From NCBI GenBank assembly GCA_963775295.1, contig CAVZIK010000006.1, positions 1,813,038 through 1,877,037 of the forward strand: DNA of 64,000 bases. The letters are read 5' to 3'. The position numbers were made by a program, and so were the translations under genes. The notes under the pieces were generated by a model that saw only the letters and a program-made list of their open reading frames with translations, searched no databases and was not told the DNA's origin. Position 1 is the first letter of the stretch. Each line of letters starts with the position of its first letter. Positions 18,467 to 28,213 of the stretch are shown here, piece after piece. This DNA is from an uncultured Actinomycetes bacterium. GTDB taxonomy: Bacteria > Actinomycetota > Thermoleophilia > RBG-16-64-13.

Positions 18467-19566
18467 TGAAACAAATAGCGCGCGATTATCGCTGCCCTGC
18501 GACGGTTGCCTTCGCCCTGCTGCTTGCGGCGGGCGTGTTGTTGGGAGGGTGTGGAAGTGTCCAACCCCCAACCACCACCGTCTCTTCGGACGGCGCCTCC
18601 GCCGCGACCGCGAGCACCGCAGCCGAGACCGGGACCACCACCGGCCCCAAGGTTGAGATGCAGCAAGTAGACCTGATGATGGATTGGATTCCCTGGGTCC
18701 TCGACATCCCGGTTGACGTGGCCCAAGTAAAGGGATTCTACGAGCAGCAAGGCCTGAGGGTCCGTCAATCAGTTCCTGCCGAAGCTACGGACGTAGTGAA
18801 GTTCGTGTCCACCGGTAGGAGCCAGTTCGGCCTCTACTACTCCCCCGACATGCTGATGGCTCTGGATGAGGGCGCCCAACTGGTTTCGGTGGGCAGCCTA
18901 ATGTCCCACGCTCCTGTGGGGATGGCTCTCAGGCCGGGTCTCACCGCGGATTCGCCCGCGGCGCTCAAAGACAAGGTGGTCTCGGTGCCGCTCATTCCGT
19001 CCACACGCGCCTCCTTCACCTCGATGCTGGACGCCGCCGGCGTGGATTCAAGGACTGTGAAAGTCGTCGATCCCGGCTTCGAACTGGTGGCACCGCTGCT
19101 GAAGGGGACGGTCGACGCCGCCGCCTTCACCGAGTTCGGGGAGTTGGTCGAGGCTGAGGCTCAGGGGCAGAAGCTTGACTATCTGGACTTCCGCGACTGG
19201 GGCACTCCCGACTACGCTTTTCTGGACGTGATTACGACTCAAGAATTCGCCGCATCCAATCCCGAGACAACCCGTGCATTTCTGCGCGCCACATACGAAG
19301 GGCTGGCCTATGCCGTTGCCAGTCCCGAGGCCGCCGTTGCTCTTTACGTGAAGGCGCACCCGGAACTCGACGAGGGATTGTTGCTTGCCCAATGGAAAGC
19401 CGCCGTCCCTTTTCTCGCCGTTGCCGCCAGCGGCCGTCCCGCCGGCTGGCAGGACAGTGAGGGCTGGGGAAGGCTCAAGGTGTGGATGAAGAGCGCCGGT
19501 TTGCTGAAGACCGAAGTCGATCTTGTCCCGGCCGTGAAGAACGACTATCTCGACCCCGCCAACTAG
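18466..19566 (+). CDS. ABC substrate-binding lipoprotein, NMT1/THI5/SsuA (ThiY-like) family
   Basis: Lipobox LLGGC, Thr/Ala linker, LMMDWIPW, AQVKGFYEQQGLRV, GTPDYAFLDVITT. Confidence 0.88.
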   Translation: MKQIARDYRCPATVAFALLLAAGVLLGGCGSVQPPTTTVSSDGASAATASTAAETGTTTGPKVEMQQVDLMMDWIPWVLDIPVDVAQVKGFYEQQGLRVRQSVPAEATDVVKFVSTGRSQFGLYYSPDMLMALDEGAQLVSVGSLMSHAPVGMALRPGLTADSPAALKDKVVSVPLIPSTRASFTSMLDAAGVDSRTVKVVDPGFELVAPLLKGTVDAAAFTEFGELVEAEAQGQKLDYLDFRDWGTPDYAFLDVITTQEFAASNPETTRAFLRATYEGLAYAVASPEAAVALYVKAHPELDEGLLLAQWKAAVPFLAVAASGRPAGWQDSEGWGRLKVWMKSAGLLKTEVDLVPAVKNDYLDPAN

Positions 19567-19763
19567 AGGGCGGCTGAAAAACGAAACCATGGCTGCCAAG
19601 ACACGCTGGCCGGCACGATGAAGCCTCCTCGGTCGCGCGAATAGCTCTGCCATTTGCCCTCCCTGGGTTCTTTCCCCGTCCGCGGCGGGAGTGCCCTGAC
19701 AGCGCAGAGACATTCTCCACCAGCCTGCCAGACGGGCCGGGCGATCGGACAAGCGCCCGAGGC

Positions 19764-20624
19764 GTGCACTTGCTCGCAACCGATCTCACCCTTGGCTACG
19801 CGAGCGGAGCCGGCGCACGGCTGGAACCTGACTCCCGACCCGTCATCCGGAACGTGAGCCTGACGCTTCGCCCGGGAGAGCGGGTGGCTGTGGTTGGGGC
19901 CAGCGGTAGCGGCAAGACCACTCTGTTGCACGCTTTGGCGGGCTTGTTGCCGCCCGTGGCGGGGCGCGTGATCGTCGACGGGGCCAGCGTGGCTTCACCT
20001 AAGGGTCCCTGCACGTCGCGGCACGCCGCATACATGTTCCAGCGGGACCTGCTTCTCCCGTGGCGGACCGCCCGAGACAACGCCGCTCTGGCGCTTACAG
20101 TCGCGCGGCCCGCACCCGCGGGGCTCAACTCCGCGGCATTGAAGACGCGGGCGCGCGAGCAGGCTGAAGCCCTATTGACGGAGTTCGGCCTGGGGAACGC
20201 TCTTGATGCTTACCCGTACCAGCTTTCGGGCGGCATGCGGCAGCGCGTGGCGCTCGCCCGGACCCTGCTGCTCGAGAGAGGGCTCGTCCTGCTCGATGAA
20301 CCCTTTGCCGGGCTTGACGCCCTGACCCGTGACGACCTGGGGGTATGGATGAGGGGGGTGATGAACACGCACTCCGCGACCTGGGTACTGGTGACCCACG
20401 ATATCCGCGAGGCTGCGTCATTGGCAGATAGGGTGGCGGTGCTGGGTGGAAATCCGGCTGGAGTGGTGGGCTGGGTGGAGACGCGGGATGGCTCTGATAA
20501 GGCCATCGGCGAGCTGCAGCGGCTATTGGCGGAAGCTCGGGCACCAGCGGGGCGCGGCCCGTCCTCGCCAGTCGTTATCATGGGAGGCCATGAAAGTGAC
20601 ACGCCACGATACGACCAGTCTTGA
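19764..20624 (+). CDS. ABC transporter ATP-binding protein, TauB/SsuB (ThiZ-like)
   Basis: GASGSGKTT, FQRDLLLPWRT, LSGGMRQR, LDEPFAGLD, VTHD. Confidence 0.9.
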   Translation: MHLLATDLTLGYASGAGARLEPDSRPVIRNVSLTLRPGERVAVVGASGSGKTTLLHALAGLLPPVAGRVIVDGASVASPKGPCTSRHAAYMFQRDLLLPWRTARDNAALALTVARPAPAGLNSAALKTRAREQAEALLTEFGLGNALDAYPYQLSGGMRQRVALARTLLLERGLVLLDEPFAGLDALTRDDLGVWMRGVMNTHSATWVLVTHDIREAASLADRVAVLGGNPAGVVGWVETRDGSDKAIGELQRLLAEARAPAGRGPSSPVVIMGGHESDTPRYDQS

Positions 20625-22542
20625 ATCCGGAGCCAGTCCCGAGCAAATCCTTTCCAGGGTCTTCGGCTACTCCGAGTTCCGCTGCAATCAGAGGCAGGTC
20701 ATCGACACGGTGCTGGCCGGTGACGACGCTTTCGTTCTCATGCCCAGTGGGGGCGGCAAGTCGCTCTGCTATCAGATTCCGGCCATGCTGCGTCCAGGGA
20801 CGGGCATCGTGGTGTCGCCGCTCATCTCTTTGATGAAGGACCAGGTCGACGCTCTGCGTGCCAACGGCGTTCGAGCGGCGGCCTACAACTCGTCGCTGGA
20901 TGCGGCCACGGCGCGTAAGGTTCTGGCCGACCTTGCGAAAGGACGCCTCGATCTTCTCTACGTCTCGCCGGAGCGAGTGACCAGCGAGGGTTTTCTCAAC
21001 CGGTTGGCAGGTTTGGGCGACGGCGACGGGAGCGGCCCGAGACCGGCGCCGGATGGGGTTGGTCTCGCTCTCATCGCGGTGGACGAAGCCCACTGCATTT
21101 CCCAGTGGGGGCACGACTTCCGGCCCGAGTACGTGGCCCTCGGTATGCTGCGCGGCCGTTTTCCCGGCGTGCCGATCGTGGCCCTCACAGCCACAGCAGA
21201 TCCACATACCCGCGAAGACATTCGCGACAAGCTGGGGCTGCAGCACTCGGCCTGCTTCGTGTCCAGCTTCGATCGGCCAAACATCCGTCTCGAGGTGGTG
21301 GAAAAGCATAATCCTCATATTCAGCTTCAGCGTTTTCTGTCTGGGCACGCGGACGATGCCGGCATCATCTACTGCTCCACCCGCAAGCGCACGGACGATC
21401 TGGCCGCTCATCTGCGAGGGCGGGGTATCGCCGCGGCGGCCTACCACGCGGGGCTGCCGGCGGAGGAGCGGGACCGGGTTCAAGAAGCGTTCATTTTCGA
21501 CGACATCCAGATCGTGGTGGCGACTGTGGCCTTCGGGATGGGTATCGACAAGACCAACGTCCGTTTCGTGGTCCACTGGGACCTGCCACAACATCTCGAA
21601 GGCTACTACCAGGAGATCGGCCGGGCGGGCCGGGACGGGTTGCCGGCGGAGGCGATGCTGCTGTTCGGTTGGGAGGATGTTCCCCGGGTGCGGGCACTCA
21701 TTGAATCGGGGGAAAACGTTGAACGGGTCGCTATCGAGCGGCACAAGTTCGGGGCACTTCTCAGCTTCGTTCAGGCGCTCTCCTGCCGGCGCCGGGCTCT
21801 TCTCGGATACCTGGGTGAGGGCATGGATCGCGATTGTTGTAACTGTGACGTCTGCCTCGAGCCGCCCGAACTGTACGACGCGACCGAAGACGCCCGCATG
21901 GCGCTCTCTTGCGTCTACCGGGTGCGAGAGCGCTTCGGGGTGGGGCACGTGGTTGACGTGCTTCGCGGATCGAAGAACCAGCGCGTCATCGACCTCCGAC
22001 ACGACCATCTCTCCACCTACGGGATCGGAGCGCATCTCAGCGGGGAAGCTTGGCGAAGCTTGCTGCGGCAACTGGTCCATCTGGGGTACCTCCGCCAGGA
22101 CATAGGCGAGTATCCGGTGCTCACGCTTGCTTCGGCCGCGGCTCCACTGCTGCGTGGGGAGGAGTCGCTCATGCTGGCCAAGCCTCGGGTTAGAGTCATC
22201 CCGGCGAAAGAGCCAAAAACCAAGCGGGGGCGGAGCGCCCGACTTGATAGCATCCTCGGCGGGGAACCGCGAAGCGGACCGTCGGACTCCGGCGGCGTCG
22301 AAGACGCCGTTGAGATCCTTTTCGAAGAACTGCGCACGCTCAGACGGCAGATCGCCGACCGGGAGCGTGTGCCGGCCTACGTCATCTTCCACGACTCCAC
22401 TCTGCGGGAGATGGCGGTATTGCGCCCCCTGGATGCCGACGGGCTGCTCGAGGTCGGCGGGGTGGGCGTCAAGAAATTGGAAAAATATGGGGAAGAGTTT
22501 CTCGCACTGCTGCGCGGCAGTCCGCCCGTCGACTTGGAGTAG
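20590..22542 (+). CDS. recQ: ATP-dependent DNA helicase RecQ
   Basis: MPSGGGKSLCYQIP, VDEAHCISQWGHDFRPEY, ATVAFGMGIDK, YYQEIGRAGRDG, Zn-binding CRRR..CCNCDVC, RQC, HRDC (PAYVIFHDSTL). Confidence 0.95.
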   Translation: MKVTRHDTTSLESGASPEQILSRVFGYSEFRCNQRQVIDTVLAGDDAFVLMPSGGGKSLCYQIPAMLRPGTGIVVSPLISLMKDQVDALRANGVRAAAYNSSLDAATARKVLADLAKGRLDLLYVSPERVTSEGFLNRLAGLGDGDGSGPRPAPDGVGLALIAVDEAHCISQWGHDFRPEYVALGMLRGRFPGVPIVALTATADPHTREDIRDKLGLQHSACFVSSFDRPNIRLEVVEKHNPHIQLQRFLSGHADDAGIIYCSTRKRTDDLAAHLRGRGIAAAAYHAGLPAEERDRVQEAFIFDDIQIVVATVAFGMGIDKTNVRFVVHWDLPQHLEGYYQEIGRAGRDGLPAEAMLLFGWEDVPRVRALIESGENVERVAIERHKFGALLSFVQALSCRRRALLGYLGEGMDRDCCNCDVCLEPPELYDATEDARMALSCVYRVRERFGVGHVVDVLRGSKNQRVIDLRHDHLSTYGIGAHLSGEAWRSLLRQLVHLGYLRQDIGEYPVLTLASAAAPLLRGEESLMLAKPRVRVIPAKEPKTKRGRSARLDSILGGEPRSGPSDSGGVEDAVEILFEELRTLRRQIADRERVPAYVIFHDSTLREMAVLRPLDADGLLEVGGVGVKKLEKYGEEFLALLRGSPPVDLE

Positions 22543-22603
22543 GCCCAGGCCACGGCTTCATGCCGAGGGGTGGAGTGGGCCGGTTACGCCGCCTGGGTGC
22601 TTC

Positions 22604-24130
22604 TCATTGGCCCAGCTGTCCAGTTCCCTGCCCGGCGACAAAGTCTTTCTCCCTCACAAGGAAGAACGAGAGAATCGCCGAAACAAAGGCGAGAATGGCT
22701 GCTATCACCATGATCAAGTTCAATCCATGAACAAAACCCAGTTTGGTCGCCGCGGCCACGGTTGCGCGCGCCGACGGGGGCACGGAGCCCATGATCTGAC
22801 CGATGCGTCCGCTTGCCGCCGCGGACGCTATCTCCTGAGCCTGCCCCGCTACCGGAGTTCCCGCCAGCTGCGCCACGACCGTGGAGCGGATGTGCGAGAC
22901 GAACACCGCTCCCAGGACGGCGATGCCCGTCGCGATCCCCACCTGGCGGAACGTGGAGTTGATGCCCGACGCCATGCCCGCGCTTTGCGGCTCCACTACA
23001 CCCACCGCCGTGGCCACCAAGGCTACATTCACCAAGCCTCCGCCGATACCGCCAACGATCATCCCCGGTAATAGATGCATCCAGGTGGATGCCGCGGTCA
23101 CGCCGCCCATCAGGAGCAGTCCCACTCCCATTATGACGAACCCCGGCGCGATGAGCAGGCGCTTGGGCATAGTGGACGTGAGACGTCCGGTTGCGGCCGC
23201 TGCCACAAAGAGGCAGAGCGATAGCGGAAGGAACCGTATGCCCGTCGAAAGGGCCGAAAGGCCGAGAATGTTCTGCAGGTAGATGGTCAGATAAGTGAAG
23301 ACCGAGAACAGGGACGCCGATATCGCGAAAGCGGCCACCAAGCCACCGTCGAACGTGGGCACACGCAGAAGGTGGAAGTCGAACATGGGGTCGCGGCGCA
23401 GCAACTCCAGAGCCACAAACGTCACGAGTAGGACCATCGAAGCGACGAGCGAAGAGATCACCGTCACCGAAGTCCATCCGGTGGTGTTACTGCGGATGAG
23501 ACCGAATATCAGCGCTCCCAGGCCGATGCTGAAGGTCGCGAAGCCGGGGAGATCCAGGCGCCGTGGGGTAGGATCGCGAGACTCATCCACCTTGAACGAG
23601 GTCGTCACGAAGAGGATCACTCCCACGGGGATGTTGACCAGGAAGATCCAGCGCCAGCCAAGGCCGCTGACCAAGGCCCCTCCGATGACCGGTCCCACGG
23701 CAACCGCCAAGCCTGTGATGGCACCGTAGGCGCCGAAGGCTATCCCTCGTTCCCGTCCTTGGAACGACGCTGACAACATCGCGAGAGACGTGGCGAACAT
23801 AACGGCGCCGCCAACGCCTTGGAAGGCACGGGCGAGGGCGAGAAACACGATCCCGGTGGAGGTTCCGCACAGGATGGAACCGACCGTGAAGATGCCGATG
23901 CCGATAAGAAAAAGGAGACGGCGGCCAGCCCTGTCTGCCAGTATCCCTCCCGTGAGAAGCACCGCGGCCAATGCAAGCGTGTAAGCGTCGATTACCCACT
24001 GCAGTCCCGAGATACTGGCCCCAAAGGAACCGGCGATGTCGGGAAGGGCCACATTCACGATCGTAATGTCGAGAAGCAGCATGAACGTGCCGAGGCATAC
24101 CGCCCCCAGGGTCCACCATCTACGGGTCAC
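22604..24130 (-). CDS. DHA2 (EmrB/QacA) family MFS efflux transporter, close paralog of 11493..13040
   Basis: MTRRWWTLG, LDITIVNVALPDI, DRAGRR, WRWIFLVNIPVG. Confidence 0.9.
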   Translation of the reverse strand: MTRRWWTLGAVCLGTFMLLLDITIVNVALPDIAGSFGASISGLQWVIDAYTLALAAVLLTGGILADRAGRRLLFLIGIGIFTVGSILCGTSTGIVFLALARAFQGVGGAVMFATSLAMLSASFQGRERGIAFGAYGAITGLAVAVGPVIGGALVSGLGWRWIFLVNIPVGVILFVTTSFKVDESRDPTPRRLDLPGFATFSIGLGALIFGLIRSNTTGWTSVTVISSLVASMVLLVTFVALELLRRDPMFDFHLLRVPTFDGGLVAAFAISASLFSVFTYLTIYLQNILGLSALSTGIRFLPLSLCLFVAAAATGRLTSTMPKRLLIAPGFVIMGVGLLLMGGVTAASTWMHLLPGMIVGGIGGGLVNVALVATAVGVVEPQSAGMASGINSTFRQVGIATGIAVLGAVFVSHIRSTVVAQLAGTPVAGQAQEIASAAASGRIGQIMGSVPPSARATVAAATKLGFVHGLNLIMVIAAILAFVSAILSFFLVREKDFVAGQGTGQLGQ

Positions 24131-24241
24131 GAGGCCTCCACTCAGCGAAAAAGTTCACAACAAACCCGCATGTTACCTGATGAGGGTCCCCAAATGTCCG
24201 GTACACCTCCCGGCAGAATGATAAGGTTGGATCTGAAAAGT

Positions 24242-27200
24242 ATGTTGCGCTTCTTCAGAACACCCAGCATGACCCCAACGCGGGTCGAGGCGGTCATCGC
24301 GATCGTCGAACGGGTCGTAGGGCGGCCTGTCGGGCAGGTGGGTACGGAGTATTGCTTCTACGTCGAGCAGACGGACGAGCCGCTTGAGACTCAGGATGTC
24401 ACCGTTCTCCGCTACCTGCTGTCGGAGACCTTCGAACCCCAGCAATTCGGGTCGGCAAGCTTTCTGGACGGGCGCTTCGTCACGGTGATCGAGTACGGTC
24501 CCCGTCTGAATTTCGAAACCGCTTGGTCCTCCGCCGCGGTGGAGATCTGTCGACGGTCCGGTGTTCGGGCCGTGCGCCGCCTCGAGCGATCCACGCGAAT
24601 AGGATTCTCGGCAGCCGTCGACGACGAGCAGGTGGATGAGCTGCTGGCCCCTCTCCATGACCGCATGACCGAGATGAGATACTGCGCGCCTCTGTCCTCG
24701 TTCGAGACGGGTCTTTCGCCTCAGCCCGTGAGGGCGATCCCGCTGTTGGCAGAAGGGATCGCCGCCCTCCAGGAATTCAACTGCGAACGCGGGTGCAGTT
24801 GGGATACCAGCGATCTGGATTTCATTGCAGGAATCTTCCAAAGGTTGGAGCGAGATCCCACTGATGTCGAACTGTTTCAAATCGCGCAGGCCAACTCCGA
24901 GCACTCTCGGCACTGGGTCTTCAAGGGCGAACTCTGGGTCGACGGTGTGCGCGTGCCAGAGCGGAACCTGATGGACATCGTCAGGCAGCCCCTCGACTCT
25001 TCCGCTCCCAACTCGGTGATAGCTTTCCGCGACGACAGTTCGGCTATCAGAGGAACCAAGGTAAACGCCCTCACGGCGTCGGAACCGCTGGGCCCATCGC
25101 CCCTGGCGCCCACGCCGGTGGTGTTGCACCCCACACTCACCGCTGAGACTCACAACTTCCCGTCGGGTGTCGCTCCCTATCCGGGCGCGGAAACAGGTGG
25201 GGGAGGGCGGATTCGCGACAATCAAGCGGTTGGCCAAGGCGGGCTCGTTTGCGCCTCGGGTGCGGCCTACTGCGTCGGTAATCTGCACATCCCGGGCTAC
25301 GCGCTCCCCTGGGAGGAAGACGGTCATTCCCATCCTTCCGATCTCGCGTCGCCGCTGGAGATCTTGGTCGAGGCCAGCAACGGCGCTTCCGACTACGGCA
25401 ACTGCTTCGGCGAGCCTCTCATCTACGGCTTCACTCGCACCTTTGGCCTCGAGCTGCCCGACGGCTACCGCTCCTGGTACAAGCCCATCATGTACAGCGT
25501 GGGGGCGGGCCAGATAAGAGACGAGCACACGGTCAAGGGAAAGCCGGAGAAGGACATGCTCGTGGTCCAGGTGGGCGGGCCGGCATATCGCATCGGTATG
25601 GGCGGCGGGGCCGCGAGCAGCATGGAGCAGGGCGAGAACGTCCAGGAACTCGACTTCAACGCCGTCCAGCGCGGCGACCCGGAGATGGAGCAGCGCGTCA
25701 ACCGGGTCATGCGCGCTTGCGTGGAACTTGGAACCGCGAATCCCATCATATCGGCTCACGACCTGGGGGCCGGGGGCGACTGTAACGCTCTGCCCGAGAT
25801 CGTGGAACCGACCGGGGCCGTCATCGACCTGCGGGCCATTCCCGTGGGCGACCAGACTCTCTCCGTCCTCGAGATTTGGGGCAACGAGTCACAGGAAAGA
25901 AACGCCCTTCTCATCATGCCGGCCAAACTTGAGGTCCTCGAGACCATGGCTGCGCGGGAGAACGTCCCGCTGGCGGTCGTGGGTCGAGTCACGGGCGATG
26001 GGTTGCTGGTGCTGCACGACTCGGTCGACGACAGCAGGCCCGTTGAACTCCCCTTGGACGACATTTTGGGGCAGCTCCCGCCGAAGAAATACGAGTTCGA
26101 GCGCCTCGTCCGCGAACTCGAGCCTCTGGTCCTGCCCCCGACCGCGGACCTCCACCGGGTGCTCCACATGGTTCTCCGGCTTCCCGGCATCGGTTCCAAG
26201 CGCTTCCTCACCAACAAGGTCGATCTCGATGTCACCGGGCTTGTCATCCAGCGGCAGTTGGTGGGGCCGCGGCATCTGCCCCTGTCCGATTATGCACTGA
26301 TCGCCCAGAGTTATGCCGATCCTTCGGGCACCGCTCTGAGCCTGGGCGAACAGCCCATCAAGGGGATCATCAGTCCGCGGGCCGGCGTGAGAATGGCCGT
26401 CGCAGAGGGGCTCTTGAACCTGGCGGGCGTCGTGATCTCCGACATCAGCGAGATAAAGTGTTCGGCCAACTGGATGCTGCCGGTGAGGCAGCCCGGCGAA
26501 GGGGCTTGGCTCTACGACGCGGCCTGCGCGCTGCGCGACATCTTGATCGCGCTCGGCATGGCGATCGACGGTGGCAAGGACAGCCTCTCTATGGCAAGCC
26601 AGGGAGTGACCCCGGACGGGAGCAGCGAACTGGTGAAAGCGCCCGGGGAGATGGCCATTTCTCCTTACGCCCTTGTCTCGGATGTCGGTGCTCGCGTGAC
26701 CTGCGATCTCAAGCGGGAAGGCAACAGACTTCTGCTGCTGTCCGTAGGAGATAAGAAGCGGTTGGGGGGGAGCGCGTTCGCTCAGGTCCTTTCCCAACTT
26801 GGAGACGAGACCCCCGATATCGAAGATCCGGGGGCCCTGAAGGCCGTATTCCAGGCGGTTCAGGACATGGTCGCAGGCCGGGCGATCATCTCGTGCCACG
26901 ACGTGAGCGACGGCGGGCTTGTCGTCACTCTCTTGGAAATGGCGTTCGCGGGGGACAGGGGCTGGAATGTGGACCTTAGGGGCGACGAGCTGTTCGCATC
27001 TCTGTTTGCAGAGGAGGCAGGGGTCGTCGTGGAGGTCGCGGACGACGATGGTGCACGTCGCGTTCTCGAACGCCACGGAGTACTTGCGACGGAATTGGGG
27101 CGCGTCGAAGGCGACATGGTTGAGTTGGCCTTCAACGACCAAGTTGTCCTGAAGGAGTCGGTCCGCGGGTTGCATGCCATATGGGAGGAAACCAGTTACC

Positions 27201-28129
27201 AACTCGAGCGTCTGCAGCGGAACGCCGAGTGCGCGGAGCAGGAGTGGAGTTCCCATCGGTTTGCGGCAGGCACAAAGCCATATCGCCTCGGTTTCGACCC
27301 CGATCTGGATCCCTTCGCGGGCACTCGGCAGGGCCTTTCCAGCGTCAAGCCGAAGGCGGCCATCCTGCGCGAAGAGGGCAGTAACGGCGACCGGGAAATG
27401 GCTGCCTCGTTTCTGGCCGCCGGGTTCGAGCCCTGGGACGTAACCATGACCGACCTCATCAGCGGCGCCGTCACCCTGAACGAATTCCAGGTGATCGCTT
27501 TCGTGGGCGGGTTCTCGTTCGGCGACGTTCTGGATTCCGCCAAGGGGTGGGCGTCCGTCATCCGCAACAACCAACGCCTGTCGGAGCAGTTCGACCGCTT
27601 CTTCGCACGCCCGGACACGCTGTCGCTGGGAGTGTGTAACGGCTGTCAGCTGATGGCGCTGCTGGGCATTCCCGGCTTCGATCTCTCCGACGCTTTCATG
27701 CCCCGGTTCATCAAGAATCAGTCGGAACGCTTCGAGTCGCGGTTCACCACAGTCCGCATCGACAGAAGCCCGGCCGTCATGCTGAAGGGGATGGAGGACT
27801 CAGTGCTGGGGATCTGGGTGGCTCACGGCGAGGGCAGGCTGCACGTTCCCGATGCGGCGACTCAGGATTGGATCGTTCAGAACCGTCTGGCACCCGTGCG
27901 CTACGTCGATCCCGACGGCAATCCCACCGTCGCCTACCCATTCAACCCCAACGGCAGTCCCCTGGGCATAGCAGCGCTCTGCTCTCCCGACGGTCGCCAC
28001 CTGGCCATCATGCCTCATCCCGAGAGGAGCTTCCAACTTCGCCAGTGGCCCTGGGTGCCGCCCGAGTGGAACTGTCGAAACAGCCCGTGGCTGAGGATGT
28101 TTCGGAACGCCAAGGCGGCTTGGCGCTAG
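24242..28129 (+). CDS. purL: Phosphoribosylformylglycinamidine synthase, large single-chain type
   Basis: AQANSEHSRHWVF, AETHNFPSGVAPYPGAETG, AHDLGAGG, DGGKDSLSM, HDVSDGG, GGFSFGD, GVCNGCQ, MPHPER; start may be 24218. Confidence 0.95.
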   Translation: MLRFFRTPSMTPTRVEAVIAIVERVVGRPVGQVGTEYCFYVEQTDEPLETQDVTVLRYLLSETFEPQQFGSASFLDGRFVTVIEYGPRLNFETAWSSAAVEICRRSGVRAVRRLERSTRIGFSAAVDDEQVDELLAPLHDRMTEMRYCAPLSSFETGLSPQPVRAIPLLAEGIAALQEFNCERGCSWDTSDLDFIAGIFQRLERDPTDVELFQIAQANSEHSRHWVFKGELWVDGVRVPERNLMDIVRQPLDSSAPNSVIAFRDDSSAIRGTKVNALTASEPLGPSPLAPTPVVLHPTLTAETHNFPSGVAPYPGAETGGGGRIRDNQAVGQGGLVCASGAAYCVGNLHIPGYALPWEEDGHSHPSDLASPLEILVEASNGASDYGNCFGEPLIYGFTRTFGLELPDGYRSWYKPIMYSVGAGQIRDEHTVKGKPEKDMLVVQVGGPAYRIGMGGGAASSMEQGENVQELDFNAVQRGDPEMEQRVNRVMRACVELGTANPIISAHDLGAGGDCNALPEIVEPTGAVIDLRAIPVGDQTLSVLEIWGNESQERNALLIMPAKLEVLETMAARENVPLAVVGRVTGDGLLVLHDSVDDSRPVELPLDDILGQLPPKKYEFERLVRELEPLVLPPTADLHRVLHMVLRLPGIGSKRFLTNKVDLDVTGLVIQRQLVGPRHLPLSDYALIAQSYADPSGTALSLGEQPIKGIISPRAGVRMAVAEGLLNLAGVVISDISEIKCSANWMLPVRQPGEGAWLYDAACALRDILIALGMAIDGGKDSLSMASQGVTPDGSSELVKAPGEMAISPYALVSDVGARVTCDLKREGNRLLLLSVGDKKRLGGSAFAQVLSQLGDETPDIEDPGALKAVFQAVQDMVAGRAIISCHDVSDGGLVVTLLEMAFAGDRGWNVDLRGDELFASLFAEEAGVVVEVADDDGARRVLERHGVLATELGRVEGDMVELAFNDQVVLKESVRGLHAIWEETSYQLERLQRNAECAEQEWSSHRFAAGTKPYRLGFDPDLDPFAGTRQGLSSVKPKAAILREEGSNGDREMAASFLAAGFEPWDVTMTDLISGAVTLNEFQVIAFVGGFSFGDVLDSAKGWASVIRNNQRLSEQFDRFFARPDTLSLGVCNGCQLMALLGIPGFDLSDAFMPRFIKNQSERFESRFTTVRIDRSPAVMLKGMEDSVLGIWVAHGEGRLHVPDAATQDWIVQNRLAPVRYVDPDGNPTVAYPFNPNGSPLGIAALCSPDGRHLAIMPHPERSFQLRQWPWVPPEWNCRNSPWLRMFRNAKAAWR

Positions 28130-28213
28130 TAGGCCGCTGAAGAATGGCCCCGAACCGTCAGGAGACGATCGCTGCGACTGAGGGCGCTCCGTCGCGCCGA
28201 CTCGTTGCCGGCT

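Noticed and set aside
20578-22392. 604-aa antisense ORF over recQ; similar long shadow ORFs at 24173..25759, 25889..27574, 47293..49293, 52005..53636 and 54369..56051
   Set aside because: They overlap well-supported genes on the opposite strand or in another frame and have no family motifs; expected from GC-rich codon bias
23819-24217. N-terminal extension of PurL (1436 aa)
   Set aside because: It overlaps the opposite-strand MFS gene; PurL-like sequence begins near 24242
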